The notes beneath the pieces were generated by a model that saw only the letters and a program-made list of their open reading frames with translations, was not told the DNA's origin and did not search any database. From Botryllus schlosseri (lineage: Eukaryota), in the NCBI GenBank assembly GCA_051294905.1, contig CM119372.1, positions 5,148,001 through 5,208,000 of the forward strand: 60,000 bases of DNA, read 5' to 3'. Both the position numbers and the translations under genes were made by a program. Below, piece after piece: positions 53,501 through 60,000 of this stretch (position 1 is the first letter of the stretch; each line of letters opens with the position of its first letter).

Positions 53501-55492
53501 GGGCCAGCCGCATTTTTCGTAGATTTTTGTATATGACCATTTGGCCATAGAGTAGAATATTTCATGGTAGACTTATTTGACTTGATATTTTTCTTAGCAC
53601 TTCGCGCGATGTATTGCCACTCGAAGTCTTGCTTTTAGTATTGGAGCCCCCTCCATAAAATTCAAAATTTAAAATACCCCCAATTTACAGTATAGAGTCG
53701 AACTATAATCGCGACTTCGCGTCAGAACTGATAGACGCATGTACACCGATATCTTCGATATTGATATCCAAGCGTCGAATAATCCCGCCCTTGTCAAATG
53801 AGCCCAGAGGTATATAGAGGAAGAGACTCGCAATATATCCAAGTAACATTATTATTGACCGAATTCATTCAATAACTATGAAAAATTTCGCGCTCTACGC
53901 GGCCACGGCATCCCTGCACCCTGGGTTTTCATGACATGACGGTAATCTATTTGGATGCGTAGTAATATAAGTCTTGTTTCACCGTTACCTAATCCGGTTC
54001 GCTTCTATCTGACGACTTAAACCGGTCATCAATATTCAAGTGGCCCGCGCAACGGTTCGTAAATCGCATGTGGCCTGTGGGCCGAAAAGGTTGGCCACCC
54101 CTGTCTTAACCTTATGCCTGCTGATCCGGTGACGCCTGTCGCGAAGGAGAAATTTGTTTTAAGTTACCAGTGTCCTGTTGCCCACAACTTGCTCGATAGA
54201 CGAGGACCCACTTCGGTTCATTAAAGGGGGCCAGTGCCGCGCTCGTCCCGAAACCGTTTCCGGATCAGATATCAACACGTCAATTTAAATTCACGATGCA
54301 GTCAGCCACTATCAGACATCATTACGTCCCCTACCAAATGAATACCGATTCAGATATTGGTTATATCCGTTACCATAGACCAGGGGTGTCAAACTCAAAT
54401 TGCGTCGCGGGCCGGATTCAAGCTTTCAAATCGCTCGCGGGTCGGATCAGTTAACTGATTCCAAAATGTTACCTTGTGCTCTTGCTTTTCACTTGAATAC
54501 GTTAAAAGCATATATAGATAATATGCGGATCGGTTTTTAAATTAGGAGTAGCAAGTCGCATAACCTCTATTCGCGAACAATGTGATTGGCTAAAATACGA
54601 TGATTGCCAGTTGAATACAGTTAAGAACTGCTGAAACAGTGGCGTTAACGAAGATTAGTAGCCACATTCTGTGCTCCCTTTGATTTAGTCGTAGTCTGGC
54701 GTTGGCCCTGCATATGGCTTGCGAGGAATACAAGATATTTAATAGGAAACGCGGACGTTAGAGTTTGGTTTATTATTATTAAACCACGAGTCCGGTTTCT
54801 CTGATGTCTGGGGATATATTGGGTCGAAATTGACACAGCAGTGCGACCATAAATCTTTCAATTATATTTTGTGCCACTATTATATTTTGCCTGTCTATAA
54901 CGGTTCCGCATTGGCGTTTTCGCTTCTGTTGAAGAACTATCTTTTTGGTCCATATTTGAATAAAACTACGAACTTAGTGTGCACATTTTGCCTTCTTGAC
55001 ATTGGATGTTGATTTCACCGACTTGTTACTATAGTGGTAACTAGAGTGAAACCACAGCGCTGTAGTCGGGTAATGGGCATTATAAATATGGAAGTATTTC
55101 CTGCAAAATATCTCAACATTTGTCACAAATTTGCTTGAAAATCTATATAAGAAAATTCAATCTACTCAGAATTGCTTCGCGGGCCGGATGAAATCGTCTG
55201 GCGGGCCGGATGCGGCCCGCGGGCCGTATGTTTGACACCCCTGCCATAGACTGTTCCTAATCATCTTCAATGAATTATTAATATTAGCCAAATTCAATCG
55301 GTTGAGCATCTGGGTTCGACATATCTTTAGTAAACTTAAGCCAGGTAATACGATTAAATAACATATTTACGGTGTACAGGTCCAGCACATTGCCGGGATG
55401 AATCACCTCGATGCCAAGAGGCTGCAGCAGCAGGATATTGCGGCGATCCCAGCGTTTTACAGAGCTGCCTGGTGTCATGCGGTCTATGTTAG
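41595..55492 (+). CDS. Gene D: secreted ShKT-EGF-cbEGF-trypsin-homolog(H57Q)-(TSP1)x11-ShKT-like-ShKT protein, probable pseudo-protease
   Basis: Exons: 41595-41667 (signal [24 protein letters not shown]), 41723-41842 (ShKT), 41913-42020 (EGF), 42081-42245, 42318-42409 (LR|ISHG), 42754-42836 (TAAQC), 42897-43002, 43180-43342 (HDIAV), 43402-43563, 45538-45736 (GDSGGP), TSP1 exons 45798-46069, 46136-46298, 46359-46517, 46577-47534, 49280-49364, then 49430-49524 and terminal ShKT 55380-55492 ([33 protein letters not shown]). Confidence 0.9.
43125..43176. repeat. 26-bp tandem duplication abutting a gene D splice acceptor
   Basis: GCAATTTAAATCAAWATAATTTTATT x2, followed by AAG|GTC. Confidence 0.85.
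43906..45501. mobile_element. hAT MITE with nested MITE, in the intron preceding GDSGG of gene D
   Basis: CGGGGTGGGCAACC/GGTTGCCTTCCCCTG ends and TSD TACTAAGG/TACTAAGA. Confidence 0.8.
44535..45386. mobile_element. hAT MITE with GCGGACCCC subterminal repeats
   Basis: CAGTGGTTCTCAACC/GGTTGAGAACCGCTG ends and TSD GTTTAACA. Confidence 0.9.
47547..47845. mobile_element. Short GC-rich MITE 12 nt downstream of a gene D splice donor
   Basis: CAGTGGTGGC/GTCACCACTG ends and TSD GTGCTACG. Confidence 0.85.
47928..48977. mobile_element. MITE with TTTTTGGC subterminal repeats
   Basis: TIR CAGGCCGTGTTATTTTTG/CAAAAATAACACGGCCTG and TSD GTCATGGC/GTCATGAG. Confidence 0.85.
50144..51224. mobile_element. Chapaev3-like (CMC group) non-autonomous transposon
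   Basis: CACTGTGCTCCGTT/AACGCAGCGCAGTG ends with extended subterminal inverted similarity (TTCAATCAGGTCAAG) and a 3-bp TAA TSD. Confidence 0.7.
51265..53171. mobile_element. Second copy of the 9387-13094 element
   Basis: Same TIRs, TSD GGTCCGCG. Lacks the foldback and hAT/SINE insertions. Confidence 0.9.
53269..54103. mobile_element. hAT MITE (GGGGTGGCCAAC ends)
   Basis: TIRs plus TSD CCTTAACC/TCTTAACC. A related fragment lies at about 11151-11530. Confidence 0.8.
54381..55243. mobile_element. hAT MITE (CAGGGGTGTCAAAC family)
   Basis: Perfect TIR CAGGGGTGTCAAAC/GTTTGACACCCCTG and TSD CCATAGAC. Confidence 0.92.
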
Positions 55493-57431
55493 TATCTGTT
55501 TGTGCTACCTTACATCTAGAGCTAACTCTGTACAAATAATATTTTTTCGTACATTTTCATTGAATCTCTCTTTTTTCCGAATACATACTGTCGACGAAGG
55601 CCTCATGAAATTCAGTCAAGATGTGATTTAACAGCAGACTTTCCAATGTTTAGGATATGATGCAAATAGATGCGTAGAAACGATTGAGTGATTTCTTGAG
55701 TTAAAACACCAAAGTGATAAGAGGTATCACGGTGTGAGTGGACGTCATCAACGCACAGGGGCATTTTAAGTGGGTGTATCGTACATCGCAAGATATACCA
55801 CGTTAATGGGTAGTGCCAGAGACCGCATTACGAAAGGCCTATAAAGAGCTATCACCATAAATAGATAGGTTTATCGTTCAGTCCCTGGTTGACCGAATGT
55901 ACAAATATACGGTGCAACGTTGATCTCAAGTCTACCCAGCTTGGAAGTTATTTTATTTTATAAGTAGATTACGCAGCCGCTTACCAATGAAGAGTCCAAC
56001 TTGGGATACCTATGCAGTTATTCGATCAGATTTTATTCAACAAGCAGAGCTTAAACAGTTTAACATAGCCTACTCTAAACTTGCTCATCTTTATTACGAT
56101 TAGTATTACTACAGGTTCAGTGCATTGCGTGGAGTGCGGTGTTTGAGTTTTGAGTGAATACTATAAGTGTGAACCGTTCCGAAAAAGATTGGCAAGCTTT
56201 GCGCTATATAGCAGGGCTGGGCAAACTGGGGCTCGCGAGTCGCATGCGGCTCTTTGCGCCTTTGATTGCGGCTCTTTAATAATTGCACATGCGCTTCGAT
56301 ATTTTGCTAGAGAAATTTAACCTGATTATAAATTGATTCATTCTTTCACGTACTAATAATATGTGTATCTTTCCTTATGGTTTACGGCAGGGTTACTATA
56401 TTTTTGTGGCTTAAATTCCGGATACTCTTTAGCGCCCACTAGCGGGTTTTACAATGGGTGTGAATACATTGTCAGTCAATATGACGTCACACTAGCTTCG
56501 CCTATTATTCGTATACACTATACAGGAATGGAGTGGAACATAGGTTCTGAATTGGGCAACAAATTTCTTCGCGGGTCGGACGCGGTCGTCTGGTGGACCT
56601 TATCCGGTCCGCCGGTCGTGTACTTGACAGCCCTGCTATACTGTTAGATCGGCACGGTTATCTGGCAAACACTTGTTGGATAATCCCGCCTGTGCGAAAA
56701 ATTATCCAGACGACAGATTTCGCCTACTCGGAAAGGGTCGCTCACACTTTCATTTGTGCGCCTTGGAGTCGACTTTTATCAAAATACACCAGCCAAGGCT
56801 GTGTCAACAAAAAGAGTTCGTGTATCATCTAAAAATAGTACATTGAACGCTCTCGTATTCGACATTTCGTGCTGGTGACGTCATATTTTGTGTTACGATT
56901 GTTGATATACGCTGTTCTTTCGAATTCTCTACTAGTTGCTGACGATTACCCCTGACGAGTGTCAGCCGAAAATATTCGGGTTCATTTTAATATGAATATA
57001 CTATTCAATTATCTGATTGTGTGTTGTAACCAGGTCCGAAACAGCATTTTCAGTCCCCTTCCGCCTCAGAAAAGCACTGATCTTGGGCTCACCATAGGGT
57101 AATCGATGCAACTTCTTGGGGGCTTACTATATGCATCTGGTTATCACATTTTGTGAATGAATTCTGTCAATAATATCGGTTCTTCCATATACTACTACAA
57201 AATGCACTGGCAGGTTGCACATGCGGTGGTTTCAAACCGTTTTTGGTCGCGACCTCATTTCTAATTTGAAAATGTTCGGTGGATCAGCTCAAATGGATAG
57301 CTTGATGATTACAGTAAAAGTTCAGTTTGCCCAGACTTACTCACGGCCTATTTTGGAAGCTGATAACATCCAACATCGTCGCGATCCCCAGAATAAAGGC
57401 AAACGACCGCCAGGTTTAGAACAACCTAAAG

Positions 57432-58531
57432 CAGTGGTCGGGAACCTATGGCTCTTTTGGGTATAAGATATGGCTCTTTGAGAAATTTTTAATTATGTAC
57501 TTAATTGATCAATATTGCAGCAACTTGTTAGTATATTTTCATGGCGGCGAGAATAATTATTCTTATGGCAGCACAAACATGTCTTTGAGAGGTCAAGACA
57601 GTGGGGGTTGTATGCGGGTTTGGAGGCACTCACCGCCCTAACTAACACCACTCGCTAATTCGATCTACCAACCATCGCTCGCCTAGCAATCTTGGATTGA
57701 ACGATACCTTGATTGAGGAAAGAGAATAGCAGACATGGCGACACTTGTAGGACAATGCAGTTTTCAAATACAAAATTGTCTTCCTTAGTTCCTGATCTAC
57801 ACCGATAAATAAAATGCCTCTGAAGTGACATTCACAATTACAAATTCAAATTCAAATTAAAAACAGCGCTTTACCTATACTTTTTCTTGGTTGGTTATTA
57901 GCTTTTTAGCACCGCCGTAAAATGTAAGTGTGTGACGCAACGTTACGTTACGTTACGTCGAATATTTTGTAAGTCCATTAATACTTAGATTTTCAGTATC
58001 AGCGCGACAATTACATTTGATTGATATCAGTGATTATAAATTTTAGGCTATTTACGATTAGTTGCGCTGTCACAGGTGAGGCCTGACCCGCCTGTGCCTA
58101 ATCTGAGTCTTACCTCTCCTTTCGTGCTTTATTTTATTTATATTAATATGTAAAAATTCCGTGATTTTGGAAATAAAAATGTTCAGAATCTAGTCATTCA
58201 TGAACATCGATAGAAGATACTAATAGTAATAACCATTGAAGGGTTCACAAATTTCCTTCACTCATCCCTGACGACATCTGAGGCACTGCCTCACTTGCCT
58301 CCCATAACCCTACGTCACTGCTGTAGTGACCATGACCATGTTTGGCTCCACCTACGCATGTGGGCAGAAAAATATGGCAAACACTACGAATCCCATATAT
58401 TAGTGCTACCAATACGTCACGGATGTTTAATTGTGCCGTAACAGTTGATTGACATATATGGCTCTTTGGGAGTTGAAATTGAAAATATTTGGCTAATATG
58501 GCTCTTGGTCGAAAAAGGCTCCCGACCACTG
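57432..58531. mobile_element. hAT MITE with TATGGCTCTT subterminal repeats
   Basis: CAGTGGTCGGGAACC/GGCTCCCGACCACTG ends and TSD ACCTAAAG. Confidence 0.9.
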
Positions 58532-58614
58532 ACCTAAAGCATCCAAACAGCCTTAACCAACTCCAGGAATAAACCATTATCAGATATTTGTTATTACGAT
58601 TAGACTTATTTCAG

Positions 58615-58911
58615 TAAATAATGGTTATTTATATTTATATTTGATTGAATTTTTTGCGAGGACGGTGCGTGGCCCCCATTATTATCATTATCCGTCGGAC
58701 TGAATCGCGCGAAGCGCGAAGAACAATTTCAAATTATATAAATCTGCTTAAAATTAATAATGTTTATGTTAATTTACGAAAAAAATTTGAAACTACTTCA
58801 AGTCTTCAAAATTCCGGACATTTAAGCATATTTTCGTATTTCCTCGCGGACGCAGTTTTTCCAGTGAAATTCCGGACATGTCCGGGAAATTCCGGACGTA
58901 TGGCAATCCTA
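58615..58911 (-). mobile_element. One-ended MITE fragment (CCGGA subterminal repeats), sister of about 13120-13420
   Basis: Reverse-complement similarity to 13120-13420, ending in TATGGCAATCCTA. Confidence 0.7.
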
Positions 58912-59160
58912 GTTTACGCAAGTCTTGTAAATTTAGGCGGAGGTGGCACTACAAGGTTAGAACTTTGCAGTCGAACTCTTGAATCGAGTTTACAAACGTT
59001 TCACCCGCATCATTGGATGCCTGGTCATCACTATATGATAAATCATTGTGTTCAACAATTACCTTAATAATTAAATACGCCAGCGCAGGTCACAATCACT
59101 TCCGGGTTAGCAATGGTGAATACGGCTCTTCCATTTGCATTGTAAAGGCTAGCAATAACT

Positions 59161-59800
59161 AAAGGGGTCGGGAACCTTTTTTATCTAAAGAGCCATATTG
59201 GCCCTATTTTTTCCATTTTAACTCCCTAAGAGCATACATGTCAATCAATTGTTACGTCACAATTGAAATTTCGAACTATCTACATGGGATTCGTCGTGTG
59301 CGCCACATTTTCTCTGTAAAAACTCGTACTAATCATGCTGGTTGCCTTATTCAAGCTGGAGCTTGAAATCTGAGTTACGAGAACGTAGGTTCGTCGTTAT
59401 GCTCCTTTAAATGCGAGAATCCATGATCACATGCGTAGGTGGAGCCAAACATGGTCACTACAGCAGTATATATTCATACCCACTTTAAGCTGTGCTACAT
59501 CGGTGACGTCGGTTCAGGAGAGACAAGTGAGGCAGTCACCTCACCTGTCGTCAAGATGAGTGAACGAAAATTGTGAAACGTTCAATTACTATTGGTATTT
59601 CCTATCGATGTTTAGTTCATGAAGGACAAGATTTTGAACATTTTTCTCCCAAAATCACACAATTTGCATATTTATTGTCCGAAAATAAAGCGCGAAACGA
59701 AAGGTAAGGCACAGGCGGGTCAAGCTTCGCCATTGGTAACGCTAGTCATCGTAAATAGCTTAGAATTTAGTTTAACTGATGTTAATCGAATGCAGCTGTA
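59161..59800. mobile_element. Related copy of 57432-58531 in opposite orientation
   Basis: Starts AAAGGGGTCGGGAACCTTTT. Inverted matches include ACATGCGTAGGTGGAGCCAAACATGGTCA, CAAGTGAGGCAGT and AGGCACAGGCGGGTCA. The right end is not defined. Confidence 0.7.
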
Positions 59801-60000
59801 ACGATTCCGAAAATCTAAATACTGGTCGTCTTCTCAATCCTCAAAGTATTCGGTAGTAACAGATAATGTTTATCGCCGATGCTACCAATCAAGAACGTGG
59901 ATAGCTATGACGCTGTTTGTAATTCGAGTTTGAAATTGTGAATGCAACGTCCACGGCAGTTCATTTCGCGCCGTAGATCAGGAAGGCAATGTGTATTTGA

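Noticed and set aside
58645..59067. 140-aa ORF as the start of a fifth paralog
   Set aside because: Made mostly of MITE sequence. I found no signal-peptide, ShKT or EGF exons after 55492.

Overview
Eukaryotic, AT-rich genomic DNA from a marine invertebrate, most likely an ascidian or other tunicate. That assignment is an inference from the ~56-70 nt GT-AG introns, the domain content and the dense MITE population. The window holds a head-to-tail + strand tandem array of four paralogous multi-exon genes, which I spliced by hand because the ORF track catches only fragments. They encode secreted modular serine proteases with the layout signal peptide - ShKT - EGF - modified cbEGF - trypsin (S1) - 6 to 11 TSP1 repeats - ShKT(-like) - ShKT. 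Gene A is present only as its 3' end (72-1112). Gene B spans 9171-25833, gene C 30986-36146 and gene D 41595-55492. C looks fully active and trypsin-like. D has catalytic His57 replaced by Gln and looks like a pseudo-protease with an expanded TSP1 tail. B keeps the triad but has a one-residue oxyanion-loop insertion, G226R, a decayed exon and a 5.2-kb four-level transposon nest inserted in a splice acceptor. Intergenic regions and long introns are packed with nested hAT-type MITEs (8-bp TSDs), a 662-bp foldback element, a Chapaev3-like element and tRNA-derived SINEs.
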